From NCBI GenBank assembly GCA_964187785.1, contig OZ076409.1, positions 39,742,001 through 39,806,000 of the forward strand: a stretch of DNA of 64,000 nt, given 5' to 3'. This DNA is from Amphiscolops sp. MND2022. Taxonomy: Eukaryota. Made by a program: the position numbers and the translations under genes. This document shows, piece after piece, positions 1 through 11,498 of this stretch. How positions within the stretch are numbered: the stretch's first letter is position 1; every line of letters begins with the position of its first letter. The notes below the pieces were generated by a model that was not told where the DNA came from, did not search any database, and worked only from the letters and a program-made list of their open reading frames with translations.

Positions 1-831
1 TTTGCATATCTTGCTTCCTGTATGAGGTTGCTTTCTCATACAACAGTCGCTCTTTGTTCTCAAACCTTTTTAGAAAGTGCGACGTACTTCATGAAGTCCA
101 CGGTGGAAGACATAGTCGGTGACGGGTTATTCAAGGCACACGACGTTCTATCAATTCTCCGAAAAGTTGTTACATTTTTTCACTCATTTGATTGATGTTT
201 GAGTAGCACGTTGCTTCAAAATGTATGTTTATCATCATTTCTTCTATTTGTGTATATTCTGCATTGCCAAAGCATCGAAAGTTCTCGATAAATGGTTTTG
301 CATCAACGTGTGGACACTCAACCAAACGTAAAGCTCTGAGCCTTGTTGGTCTGAGCAGTCGTATAGTTTGGTAACATGTTTGTTCGATTCACTATTCACA
401 AAGCAATTACAGTGGAAGGGATGTACAGTAGACCTATCGCCACGAGTGTTGAGATCAGCTGGTTCCAAAGACTTGCTGCAAAAAATTTGTTAATTTTCTG
501 CTCGAAAACGTCGCAAGTCACAAGAGCAGAACTGAGGAGAAGGAAAACATAGGCGCGACGACATGTCGCGCTTGGGCTCCAGCAGAAACATTCAATGGTC
601 TGCAGGTGCTACGAATTCTTTATTTTCCAGGGCCTACAACCTTGTGAACTTATCTAGTCTCAGATCAGGACATTTTGATGAAAGAACTGAAAAGATGAAT
701 GAATTTTTTTGAGAAAAATGAAAAAAATGTCATTTTCGCAGAAACTCGAACGCGCCATATTTCATAAAACGGAAACTTTGATAGTACGAAAAGTAGCCTA
801 CATCATGTAGCCTAAATCAGTTCATTCATCA

Positions 832-946
832 TTTCAAAACTGAAAATAGATACGGAACCCATTCTCCCTCACAAAGTTAGGCAAGCATGATGCTTGCCTC
901 ACTTTGTGAGGGAGAATGGGTTCAGTATCTATTTTCAGTTTTGAAA
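832..946. repeat. Near-perfect palindrome (57-bp arms, 1-nt loop at 889, 2 mismatches)
   Basis: tttcaaaactgaaaatagatac...aggcaagcat g atgcttgcct...gtatctattttcagttttgaaa; the arms are reverse complements. Confidence 0.9.
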
Positions 947-1343
947 AAAAGCTAATTTTTGAAAGAAGATGGAAAAAACACAGAAAAAATTTTTGATTAC
1001 TTCATTTGCTCAAAAAAATCCAGAGCAAAAATGAGGTAGATTTTAGCTTAAAACGTAGCCTACATAAGCCTCGTAAACTTAACGAAACCATGAACCCCAT
1101 ATTTGGTCTCGGTCACGAGATATAGGTGCCCGTTAAAAAGAACCAAGAATTTTTTTAAAAATCAAGTATTTTTTGCAGAAAAACGAAGGCGTCATACTTT
1201 GTTGGTCCAAGAAGTAGCTTACATCCATGCTGTTTTTCTCGAAAGAGAACGGTTTCTGTATCTTTCATCAGTTTTGAAAAATATGAGCTACTATCCCAGG
1301 CGGCTGCCTGTGATTGTAACCTATACTCAATTAAATTGAATGC

Positions 1344-1443
1344 GATCGTATTGGTAAGGGCCCGCTGATAATTGTGGTAAAGTTAACCACAATTATCAGC
1401 GGGGGCCCATCCCAATACGATCCCATTAAATTGGGATCGTATT
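1344..1443. repeat. Small foldback / double hairpin (MITE-like)
   Basis: cccgctgataattgtggt...accacaattatcagcggg nested in gatcgtattgg...ccaatacgatc, then aatacgatccca...tgggatcgtatt. Confidence 0.7.
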
Positions 1444-1489
1444 TAAATCAAAACAAAACTATTAACGATACTATTTTCGTCATTGGATA

Positions 1490-2838
1490 TGTAAATTGTT
1501 AGCGAATATTGTTGCTTTCATAATTTTTACATTAGAGCATGTAAAAATATTTGTATTATGTTAATAATTGGACACCAAGGCGTACAGACAAAGGAAACGA
1601 GTTCAAGTGTTTCCTCGCCTGTCGCCTTGGACTAGCTGTTCTTTCAATTTTCCACCAATCAGAGGCCTTCATTTAAGCCAGCGCATTATTTACTTGTTGC
1701 TATGAATTAAAGACCTTGTACGACCACACGTGCAATTGTACTGTACAATTAAAGGCAAGTGGACAACCAGTCCTTTATTTGATTGAAAGGTACTTAGTGC
1801 TGAACAACATAGAATTTCTCCCGGTATTACCCTGGATATGAAACAACCAGCCTCAATCATGAAATTCATCTTTTGTTGGGACATACATGAATGAATATGT
1901 ACTTCGGCCCTTATGGCCTGTTGTCACGTTGCACACATATATTGCATGTAACGTTACATTAATCGGAGCTACACGTATATACGTGGCTGTGCATATATCA
2001 TGTTTTTGTATACCGCAAGGCCATATAAACAAAAGTTGCCGCTTGTACTTTGATGTTCATGCCATGTTACTATTTATAGTTTTGCGTCTGTTTTTAGAGT
2101 AGATAATTCTATACTTAGCATCATGACTCTCTCAAAATGGGATGTCATCCTCCTGGGAATATATATAGCGCTTTCCGGGAGGCTCTGACACAACCTAACT
2201 TTGGAAACGAATTGTTAAAGTTGATAAATTCTGCAATCATAAAATTCGAGTAATATATTAATATACTCTCTCGTATTGTTTTAATGCCATCTACAAGAAG
2301 ACAAAAAGCTAAAGCTAGAAGGTCAAGAGAGATGGACATAATATTTTTACTTGGGGGAGAAAATGTAAATCCCATAGAAAGGGAATTAGCCAAAACAATC
2401 AATGGTTCGATTAGCCATAACGACCTCGAGTCTGTTGCTCGCATTACGACGAATCCTACTGATGAAAATGAAAATAGGGACTTCAGCCATGAAGGCCAGA
2501 TTCCTAGGCAAGATAAAATTTTGAACTCAATGCGAACATTCTCTTATGAGATCAAAATGAGGCTCTCACAGGAAATGGATGCAATGATGTCCATGATGCC
2601 TTCTCAAATCTATTGAGCTAATAAGTCAGTGATTTCTGAAAAGGTGATCCAAGAAATACAAAACATCATGAGTTCGATATCTTCAGGGAACAGGGACACT
2701 GAGTCTGGTTTGTCATCGAATAATCAGGAAAATAATAAGGGCACGGACGGGTTGAAAACTAAAATAGCAAAAAAGGACTGTAGGTCTGCCTTCGATTTGA
2801 GAGACACGGAGGACCTTAGTCCATACAGCTTCGAATGA
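1490..2838 (+). mobile_element. Degenerate LTR-retrotransposon 5' part: LTR-like segment, PBS-like site and gag-leader ORF remnant
   Basis: 1568-1680 resembles 32612-32705 (tggacaccaaggcgtaca...caaaggaaacg...ccaatcaga). tgggatgtcatcct at ~2138 matches tggcatgtcatcct at ~33258. ORF 2284-2838 (MPSTRRQKAKARRSREMD...ENVNPIERELA) is paralogous to 33390-33960. Boundaries approximate. Confidence 0.55.
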
Positions 2839-5099
2839 GAAAAAAACTTTATACTTTTCTTCCATCTCTTTTTTGCCCAAAAAAATCAAGTATGAAAAAA
2901 ATTTGGGCCAAAACGCAGCCTATGAAATGCTTGTACAATTTACGAAACAATGGACTCTGTATATAATCTCAGGTCTGATATATAGGGGATGAAAGATGAA
3001 AAACACTCAACAATCGCGTTTTTTCAAAAACATTTTTTGAAAAAACCCTTGAAATCGAAATTTTTTCCAACGAAAATGTAGCCGAGGATCCTGCGCAATT
3101 TTTAGCGAGAACATGGTGTCCATATCTATTCTGGGTTTGAGAAATTTGCCTCACAAGTTTGAAAATTTGGCACATTTCACGAAATCTGCGAACAAAAAAC
3201 GTCACCATATGGGCACCTCGCAAAGCTCGAGCCGCAAAAAGTGTCAGAATCCCAGGCAGAAGTGGCTCAGCTGAGGTCCATTTTTCGTTGAAAAACGCTA
3301 ACGTTTTCTCATTATCTAGCAAGTAATTCAAATTCTCTTGTCGACGATGTCAAGAGCTACATTCTACTTAATTTTGTTCTTCCTTCTCTCACTCTCAAAA
3401 CGTTTCCTATGAGTCTTTCACCATGCTCTCAACCCGCCTTCTTTGTTCGAGAGAACAATTAAACCTGATTAGAGTGAGTCTTTTGCGTACAGATCAATAT
3501 CGATGAGCAGCCAAATAGTGAATCGTGTTGACAAAATACTCAACGCTTGGCTGACGACATTCATGTCGGAAAATTATATTATTGATAGAAAAAAATGTTT
3601 GGCAAAGAGGAAGAGACAGGAATCAATTTTCAGAATGAAGATAAAATGTGAGATTATCAAGAAAAGTAAAAAAAGAAAACCGCCCTGATGGATCTAGACC
3701 TGGAACGATCGATAGTGTCTGGCATATTGGTTTGTTCCTCAACTTCTGGATGGCTGGAATTGGCGTACCACTGTCCTAACTACTCAGGTCAAGCCTCAAA
3801 AACAGACTGATAGAAACCAACTAGTCTAAATACCACGAGATGGAACCCAACTAAGGTCTTCTCCAAGGTTCGGCTCATGTGGTCAAGGAATCATGTGAGC
3901 AAAAAATCTTTTTGGGAAAAGTTAGTTTGTCCACATGAACCATAATTCCGCTTAAGCGCACATAGTATTTGTCCACATGTTTCCAAACATTGATGTGGGC
4001 AACACGTTTTTGCCCACATGATATTTGCTAACATGACCCGTGCCATTCCCCAAGGCAGTGTGCTGTCACAATTTTTGCCCTATCTTTTATATCGCGAAAA
4101 GTCTGGGCAACACCATTGGTGTCACATTCGCAGATCTCATTTCTGCTGAGAAAGAATACTCCCTTTAGCATGAATAGAAACAAATCTTAGGAAAACTGTT
4201 GCAGAACCTGGGGAATTCATGTAAATGGATTCAAAGCGAAAAAAGGCCCATAAAATCTACCGAAAGCTGTTTAGCCACTTATTCACTGTGAACTGATACA
4301 TACGATTTGAAAAATTAAACCAAAGTTGTATGCTTGATCGTAAATAATGCGTGTTAAGTCAAGCATCATGCAGCAACGGTAATATCCCATTGCAAGAACA
4401 AATGGTGAGAGCTTAGAATTTACAGCACTGGCAAATAGCATTTGTTCCGAAGCACACAAACTGTCTGGTACGTGGTACAAAACAATGATTCATCTAAGGC
4501 TATTCATTGTGCGGCTTTATGGTTGACCCAAAATGCGAGTACGCTGGAGAAAGTTTACGGGATTAGACAATCGGTGATTACTCAAAACCAGGATCAACCC
4601 AAACGCGATGGCTGCAGTATTCATACTCGGCACCTTACCTATCGACATAGTTTGTCAAAAAAATATCTGCGAAGTTTCAAACGAAAATCCTGAAATAGCG
4701 AGACTTTTTATCTGAACTTGAGACTATGAACGAGCTCTGATTTTCTTAAACATCCATGGCATTAAGCCTTACCTTTTCTACGATTAAAAGATTTTTACTT
4801 TTAGCAGACACTGATCCCGCATTGACAAAACCATGTTTTCTTAAAGATCATACGAGGAGTGCTATAGAATTACTTTTGAACTTTGAACCATCCTGAAACA
4901 TTTTTCACACAATATGAGCTCAAGAGCATCTCCAATGTGCTCCTGCTGCAAAACAGACCAGACATACCATCATTTTCCTCTGGTACTGTCAGAAAGTGGA
5001 AACGATAAATTGTCCACTGAGAATTTGTTTTGTCCCAAAAAAGACTGTTTGGAAGGTTAAAAAGGACTAATACGTTACAGTGGAGGTTTTGAAATCTGA

Positions 5100-5377
5100 A
5101 CAATGTTCACTACCAAATTTACAGCTAAACAGTTTCAATTTTCTCGGTCTTCTTCCGCATAGGCGGATACTAGAGAAGTAAAACATCTGATTACTAGTCT
5201 CAATTAGGTTTTAGAAAAGTTCCTTTGGTTTATTTCATGCTCATCATTCTCATTTCGTGATTCACTATTTTCTCTATGGTAACTTCCTAACATTACATCG
5301 AGATTTTCTATGTCCGACATCACGTCTGATTGTCTGGAACGTTTCTCTTTCGCTTTCTGTATTCTAGTTGAAGGCAT
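5100..5377 (-). pseudogene. gag-leader-like ORF remnant, same family as 2284
   Basis: The minus strand from the ATG at 5377 reads MPSTRIQKAKEKRSRQSDVMSDIENLDVMLGSY. Confidence 0.6.
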
Positions 5378-6034
5378 ATTCAAGAAAAGAATTTGATTTC
5401 AACAGTGAATTGGCAAGAATAACAAATTGAACAGTTTTGTGTGTGGCAAGTAGATAGAAGTATCAATCAATGATCCCTCTTACAACAAGTTCCGCATATT
5501 TCCAAATCTGACCGAGCGTCAGCGTGACTGCAGTGAATAACTGGTACTGCAATCTGATTTGTCGACAGCTATTTGGGACCACACGTCAACTTGACTGCAA
5601 TAGTGTCAGAGTTGAATAAGCTCCCAGGAAAGCGTTTAAAAGCACTATTTAAACACCATTTGATAGCACTTGAGTTATTTTTACTAAGGTTTACATTGTT
5701 AATCAAATAATTTACTTTAAGTCCGGATTGATTGTGTACGATTGCATCAATGAGAAATTCCAAATGGCAATGTACTAGTAATAGCTTCTAAATGCATGCA
5801 CTATTTATATGCGGTCAATTTGACATTAGGTCGAGAATAACTCTGAAGGATTTACATGTTTAACACTAACAATTTGGTCCACATACATGAAATGAGCACT
5901 AAATTAGCCAGATGAATACTAAATGAGTGTTCTAGAGTTTGTTTTAAATGGGTAATACTCCAGGTGCTGGTAGTGGCTCATTAGCTTCCGGCATCATTTG
6001 ATAAAGGGTGCCGTCGCATGTCATACTTGGTGGC

Positions 6035-6055
6035 AATAATAATAATAATAATAAT
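6035..6055 (+). repeat. (AAT)7 microsatellite, left flank of the YR element
   Basis: Seven aat units directly abut the inverted tattattatt end of the element. Confidence 0.9.
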
Positions 6056-6197
6056 TATTATTATTAATATTTGTGACAAGTTGCACAAAAAAGCATTAAT
6101 ATTGTGACATCCTGCACGGTCGGTAGCTAATATTCCTAGCAAGTTGCACACCCCTAGCAACTTGGCGTGCAACTTGTACCAGATTGCGTGCAACCTG
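6056..6197. repeat. Left terminal inverted repeat plus subterminal GTGCAAC(T/C)TG / CAAGTTGCAC cluster
   Basis: Copies at ~6077, 6140, 6157, 6167 and 6188, in mixed orientation. Confidence 0.8.
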
Positions 6198-6460
6198 GTT
6201 TCAACTGAGATTAATCCATTTTTTAAAAGTCATGGTTTTTCATCTTAGTTTACATCTAGTTTCACTTTCCATTTTGCATCCAGTTTCGATTACATCTAGT
6301 ACCATGCGTTTGCCATCGGTCTCGAGCTGACAATCTAAAAATTTGGAGAGCTTCTAATATTGAATTGAAACAGTTGAGATATTTTAAAGTTTGAAATGAC
6401 AACAGTTAAGACAACAACATGGTAAAAATTTAGGATGACAACCAACAAGTAAAATACAGT

Positions 6461-7817
6461 TTATGAGCCGGCAACTTGAAAAGCAGATATAATTTTTTGA
6501 TATACGAATTTACACGAAGTGTCACTCAAATTGATTTTGAGATCCTTCAGATGCCATTTCAGATCTTTGAAAGTAATGGTGTTATTTGCATTGGCAAATG
6601 CCTTGCAGGCCTCCATTTCTTCCGTCGTCCAAATATGTTTCTCAGTGTCTCTAAATCGGGACATTGATCTGAGATACTTCTCACGGGAGAAACCTTTCTG
6701 TTTTTTTTTTGGCGGAGGCTGATCCTGTTCTCTATCTTCTTCGGCATGATCTTCTTCAATGTCGTTTTCATCATCTACATTTGGCTGGGGGCGTTTTGGG
6801 GAGAACACCAAATCTCTAGTTGAATTAAGACTGACGCGGCCTAGAGACAAAGGTCGGGGCCGGGGTTGAGGGCGAGTCGGGGGTTGACGGACAGGTTGTG
6901 GCACGGGAACATCAGCTTCGAGTTCCGACTCGTCCGACATGTCCTCGATTTCCTCGGGACACACTTGCTCAGTAGATTCTTGAGTGGAGTCGAGGTCGCG
7001 GTTGTAAATGTTGATGATCCCAATTCGGTCCTGCAATTCCAGCCCCACGTAATGCAGTCCACCCGTGGTAGAACTATGGGCAGTTTGCGCGGAATGGGCA
7101 TTCATCAAGTTGGCTGCCACTCCCATCTGCCGAACCCTCATCTCCCAGAACTTACGAATGGAGTTGGCATTGAACCTGACCTCGCTCGGATCGTCTCCGA
7201 ATAGCTCAGCGAAGGCCAGGTTCAACAACTGTGGCATTCGTGTTTCCACGTTGTTCTTCCCATTTGCGAAGATGAGGGCTTGTTGTTGACCAGATTCCTG
7301 TTCGCACCTCCGTTTCAGTTCCCACAGAAACTCCACCTGGTCTGGCTGGATCATGAGGGCCACATCATATACATGACCAGTCTTGTGATCATCAGTTTCG
7401 TGGACCAGTCCTTTGCTCAATTTGTTCTCAAAGGTCTCCCACTTCAACTTTAAAATTGGCCCACTTGTGGTGTTCAGCCTGACCTGCATCAGGAAGAAAT
7501 TGAGCGCCTTTAAGTTATTGAGCGAAAGGGTTTTTGACTGAAGATCCTCTGACAATCGTTCAATCACATCAGTCTTCCTTTGGCTCAGAACGGCATGTGA
7601 CGGCACTTTCGAAAACATTTCCTTCCGGACAGTACGCTTGGCTTTGTTCATCTCCTTCGACACATGAACTTTCTGCTCCTTGATTGCATGCATCATGGAT
7701 TCATGGTCGAATGGGTATGTGTGAGATTCGTAGTGCCTCACGTACACCACAAAGGACTTGAAATGTGTCAGGTACTGTACAACAGACTGTGGGGCCCATT
7801 TGCGTCGCTCTTTCAAC
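6461..7817 (-). CDS. Tyrosine recombinase (phage-integrase fold) exon; exon 2 of the SET-ZnF-YR fusion
   Basis: Motifs in order: box I LNT[T]SGPILKL (Arg position is Thr), DDHKTG (Lys), NANSIRKFW (box II Arg), AHSSTTGGLHY (His to Tyr, spacing 9). Acidic/Pro-rich tail. Acceptor tttcag|G at 7818/7817; the ORF-track 'start' is a TTG, not an ATG. Confidence 0.85.
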
Positions 7818-7960
7818 CTGAAATGTATTTTACCTTTATTTATATACCTTTAAAAAAACATTTATTTATTTACCTTTAAAAGGTATTTATATTCCACCTA
7901 ATAAAAAATTTGCCATCGGTCGCGAGTCGAAGTTATTTGCCATCAACGAAATTAATGTAC
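7818..7960 (-). other. 143-bp phase-2 GT-AG intron joining the SET-ZnF ORF to the YR ORF
   Basis: Donor AAC AG|gtacat at 7961/7960 and acceptor catttcag|G TTG AAA. Splicing rebuilds AGG (Arg736), reads ...AVNRLKERRKW... in frame, and removes the stop at 7933. Confidence 0.8.
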
Positions 7961-10167
7961 CTGTTAACCGCAGCAGTGAGATTCTTGCTATTCGCGAGGG
8001 CATTTGTCCCCCTAAATAGCAGCGCCAGTGTTGTTCTCAGGGCCTGCTTCCCTTTCACGGGATCCTCGTCTTCCAGGCTGTATGTCCCGTGTCTCAGGTG
8101 GTGGTTATGGGCCAGGAACTGGTCAACCAGATGCAGGTGCTCCTCAGACGCTAATGTGCTGTTTTTCAGCTTCATTCTGATCTCCATGGGAAGACACTTT
8201 CTACTCTGGTGGTTCACAATTTTTGAAACCTGCTCCAGGGAACACTTATAGTGTCGCTTGTGAGACCGCTTGTCCACAAACTGCTTTGCGTGCTCCTCGC
8301 AGTACCATACGTTGGCATTCCCATGGGCACTACGCATTCGGACGAAGTTGTTTATTACTTTGACTTCATCCACTGTAAATTCTTTGTGCACACTCAGTAA
8401 ATGCCTGTCAAGCCGCTTCACGCTTTGATCACAGACTAAGCACTCAGTGAGTTGGGCGTGCTTCACTTTTTTGGTTACCTTGGTTGTTGCATCAGTTCTA
8501 GCGACCTTTTGAGTTGGTATGACAATTACCGACGGAGGTGTGGCGTCTAGTTCCAAAGTAGTTGTCAATGTGGAGGCAAGCGGTGTTTCAGGACTGGGTA
8601 CTTGAGTTGTTGTTATTGTGGAGGCAAGTGGTGTTTCGGGACTGGGTACTTGAGTTGTGGTTTTTGTGGAGGCAAGTGGTGATTCGGGACTGGGTACTTG
8701 AGTTGTTGTTATTGTGGAGGCAAGTGGTGATTCAGGACTGGGTACTTGAGTTGGTGTTAATGTGGCTGCGTTTCGTGACAGTGGTTCTGGCTGTGGTTGT
8801 GCAAAAATCTTGTCCAGGCAGCTCTCGCAGCGACAGTCACAATTATTTTGTCCAAAGTAATGATCCGAATAATGCACAAATATTTCCTCATTTGCGTCTA
8901 TGTGCCGCAGGGTCTCAATTCTGATGATCATTTTGCCGCGGGACTCACCACCACACACGAATTTTGCATTTGGTTTGCAGTGGTGATTGATGAATGATGC
9001 TGGCCCGAGCATGATTGCTTCGAGCCCGCCATTGTTACTAAACATGGAGAAATCGGGGACAGTTTCTCCTTCGGGAACGGTGGCCATGTACCCGTCAAGT
9101 CCGGGAATGACAAATTTTTTGACAATGTTCTTCCTCGCTTTGACACAAATCTCGTCACTGTCACTGAAGTAGCCAGTTTTCGACGCATACTTCATGTACT
9201 CGAACGACGAGGCATATGAAGTGAGCAAGTCGTCTGCTAACTTCTTGACTTTTTCAGTGGCGACGAACGTGAAGAAGTCTTCAGGTGGCGCACAGTACTT
9301 GTGACTTATTTTTCCAGCCACATCGATGAACATTTTTGTAAAATGTGCATCTAGCTGACCAAGAATAAGATCATCTCTCCTAACTTTCTTGACTTTCTTA
9401 ACAGTGTCAGTTGGCACAGGTTCTTGCACGGGGTCGGGGACAATCTCTGGGACAGTCTCAATTGACAGAGGATCTGCGGCAATCTCAGTTGGCACAGGAT
9501 CTTGCACAGGGTTTGGCACTGGTTCTGCGACAGTCTCAGTTGGGAGAGATTCGGAGACTTGATCTGGGACAGTCTTAATTGACAGAAAATCTGCAGCAGT
9601 CTCAGTTGGCACAGGTTCTTGCACAAGGTTTGGCACAGGTTCTGCGACAGTCCCAGGTGGGACAGGTTCGGACACTTGATCTGGGACAGTCTCAATTGAC
9701 AGAAGATCTGCGGCAGTCTCAGTTGGCACAGGTTCTGGAACTACAGGGACCGCTTTTTGACCGCGTTTTGCGCGTGTGACACGTGCTTCAGGAATAGTTA
9801 ACTCGGGCACAGGGTTTGGCACAGGTTCTGCGACAGTCTCAGGTGGGACAGATTCGGACACTTGATCTGGGACAGTCTCAATTGACAGAAGATCTGCGGC
9901 TGTCTCAGTTGGCACAGGTTCTGGTACTATAGGGACCGTTTTTTGACCGCGTTTTGCGCGTGTGACACGTGCTTCAGGAATAGTTAAGTCGAATTGTGCA
10001 ACTATCGAGGGCTCAAGTTGGACAGACTCAACAGTGGGGACTACTTTTCTGGCTACTTTTTGACCGCTTTTTGCACGTGAGGCATGAGTTAAGCCTTGCA
10101 GGATTGTTGTTCCCTGGCGGGTGACACGAGTGGTTTGGTTGTTTATCTGTCCTCGAGTTGATGGCAT
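7961..10167 (-). CDS. Suv4-20 (KMT5B/C)-like SET histone methyltransferase with post-SET Zn site and zinc fingers; exon 1 of the fusion
   Basis: DFSMFS...IMLGPASFINHHCKPNAKF...IDANEEIFVHYSDHYFGQNNCDCRCESC parallels SUV420H (DFSVMYS...LWLGPAAFINHDCRPNCKF...[28 protein letters not shown]), ~8818-9210. CLVC-x9-H-x4-H finger at ~8387-8443. Pro/Glu/Thr-rich repetitive N-terminus. Confidence 0.9.
8570..8762 (-). repeat. Coding 48-bp tandem repeat (TTTQVPSPE[S/T]PLAST[I/K/L], about 4 copies)
   Basis: The unit gtggaggcaagtggtg...gggactgggtacttgagttgt recurs in frame between the SET domain and the zinc finger. Confidence 0.9.
9410..9990 (-). repeat. Coding modular repeats (PEPVPTETAADLLSIETVPDQVSE; TIPEARVTRAKRGQK)
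   Basis: Repeated blocks are visible in the DNA and in the 744-aa ORF. Confidence 0.9.
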
Positions 10168-10507
10168 AATGATATAAGAAGATGTTGTGTTCGTGGTGAA
10201 CGTTTTGCGTAGTGTAGGTTGAGTTTTGAAACAAGATAATGATTACCAAGTACATGCACCAAGTTATTTCCAATTGCGGTAATTGAGGCATCCTTTTGAG
10301 GCAGCGGTTAATTAATCTTTGACAAAATGAGTCCTTCACACGCAATTGATCTTTATATTTTTTCTTCTCTTTTACAGGTGTTTTATTGTCTTATGAAACT
10401 TAAAAATAACCTTCGAAAAATCAATATATTAAAAAATAATCGATAATTTGTATCATTAATTACATATGTTGTTTATGTTATCTATTAGTTAGCTCACGAA
10501 TTAGTTA

Positions 10508-10747
10508 GCAAATTCAAACATATGTGGAAAATATCGCATCAGCTCACGACCGATGGCAAATTCAAACATAATTGGAAAATATCGCATCAGCTCACGACCG
10601 ATGGCAAATTCAAACATATGCGGAAAATATCGTATCAGCTCACGACCGATGGCAAATTCAAACATAATTGGAAAATATCGCATCAGCTCACGACCGATGG
10701 CAAATTCAAACATATGCGGAAAATATCGTATCAGCAAAATGGCAAAA
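10508..10747. repeat. 48-bp tandem array (about 5 units, alternating variants) between the divergent genes; candidate regulatory array
   Basis: Unit gcaaattcaaacat(atgc/aatt)ggaaaatatcg(c/t)atcagctcacgaccgatg; the four complete units each hold the reverse complement of the element motif. Confidence 0.9.
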
Positions 10748-11498
10748 TTTTGCTTTAGTTTATTCACTTCAAATTGCTTGTTAGTGAGTCACTGTGATTT
10801 TCATTGGTTGTAATATGATTCCGTCCAGAAAACAGCGTGTCAACATTTGTTTACATTGCAAACTGACTTTCAATACATTTGCTTCGATTTCGTGCTTTGA
10901 TTAGAAGGTTTTTGAACGCTCTCAACTTGATTTATTCAATTTCAATTCAAGCTGCTATACAACTGCTAACGTTGACTGTTTATTTCCAGTTTATTTCCAG
11001 TCTGTTTAATTCCCTGTTAAATTTCCTGTTCGCCCTTTACAATGGATTTTTCACCCGGCCCCAGTGGAAAAGTACCAGGTTAAAATTGTTCAAACTATTT
11101 TCAATTGTTTTTGATTGTATGTTTGTTTTATACAGCGATACCCAGAATTAAATACAAAATTATTTCAATGACAAAAGTATGTAATTTTGTTCCGGAAATA
11201 AACAAAGTTTAATTCATTTCTCTATATTCAAAAAATACAATCATCAAAACTGAACTCAGAATCGTTCACGAAGAATAGTTTCAACAGTTTTTGATTGGGC
11301 GGTTTTTGCTTGGGCTCAAGATAAATCACAAAAGTTCATTTTGCTCACAATGCAAGTGCTTGGTTAAGTCGGTTACTCAACTTTCGTTGGGAAAATATTT
11401 TTGTTATCTAGAAACAGTTTTTTCCAAATTTGGTGAAATTTGTATTTTCGGGGTTATTTATTATTGGGAATCACTGGTTTAATATAAATATTTTCCAG

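Noticed and set aside
4283-4480. Faint Pif1/Helitron helicase-like text (PFVLA-WDITV...YVSV in a shifted frame)
   Set aside because: Needs frameshifts and stops, and key residues (HKSQG) are absent; cannot be supported without a profile search.
8562-9779. Antisense or alternative-frame ORFs (8562-8924, 9351-9695, 9579-9779)
   Set aside because: Shadows of the coding repeats in the SET gene.
10148-10167. The SET ORF starts MPSTR like the gag-leader ORFs
   Set aside because: Only five residues match and there is no further similarity; probably chance or a generic basic N-terminus.
10501-10813. ORFs in several frames over the 48-bp array
   Set aside because: They arise from a stop-poor repeat whose unit is a multiple of 3; there is no domain. 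The array is not CRISPR because it has no unique spacers.
10816-10905. Short ORF MIPSRKQRVNICLHCKLTF as a possible first zinc-finger exon of the JmjC gene
   Set aside because: The finger is incomplete and no convincing phase-1 donor was found.
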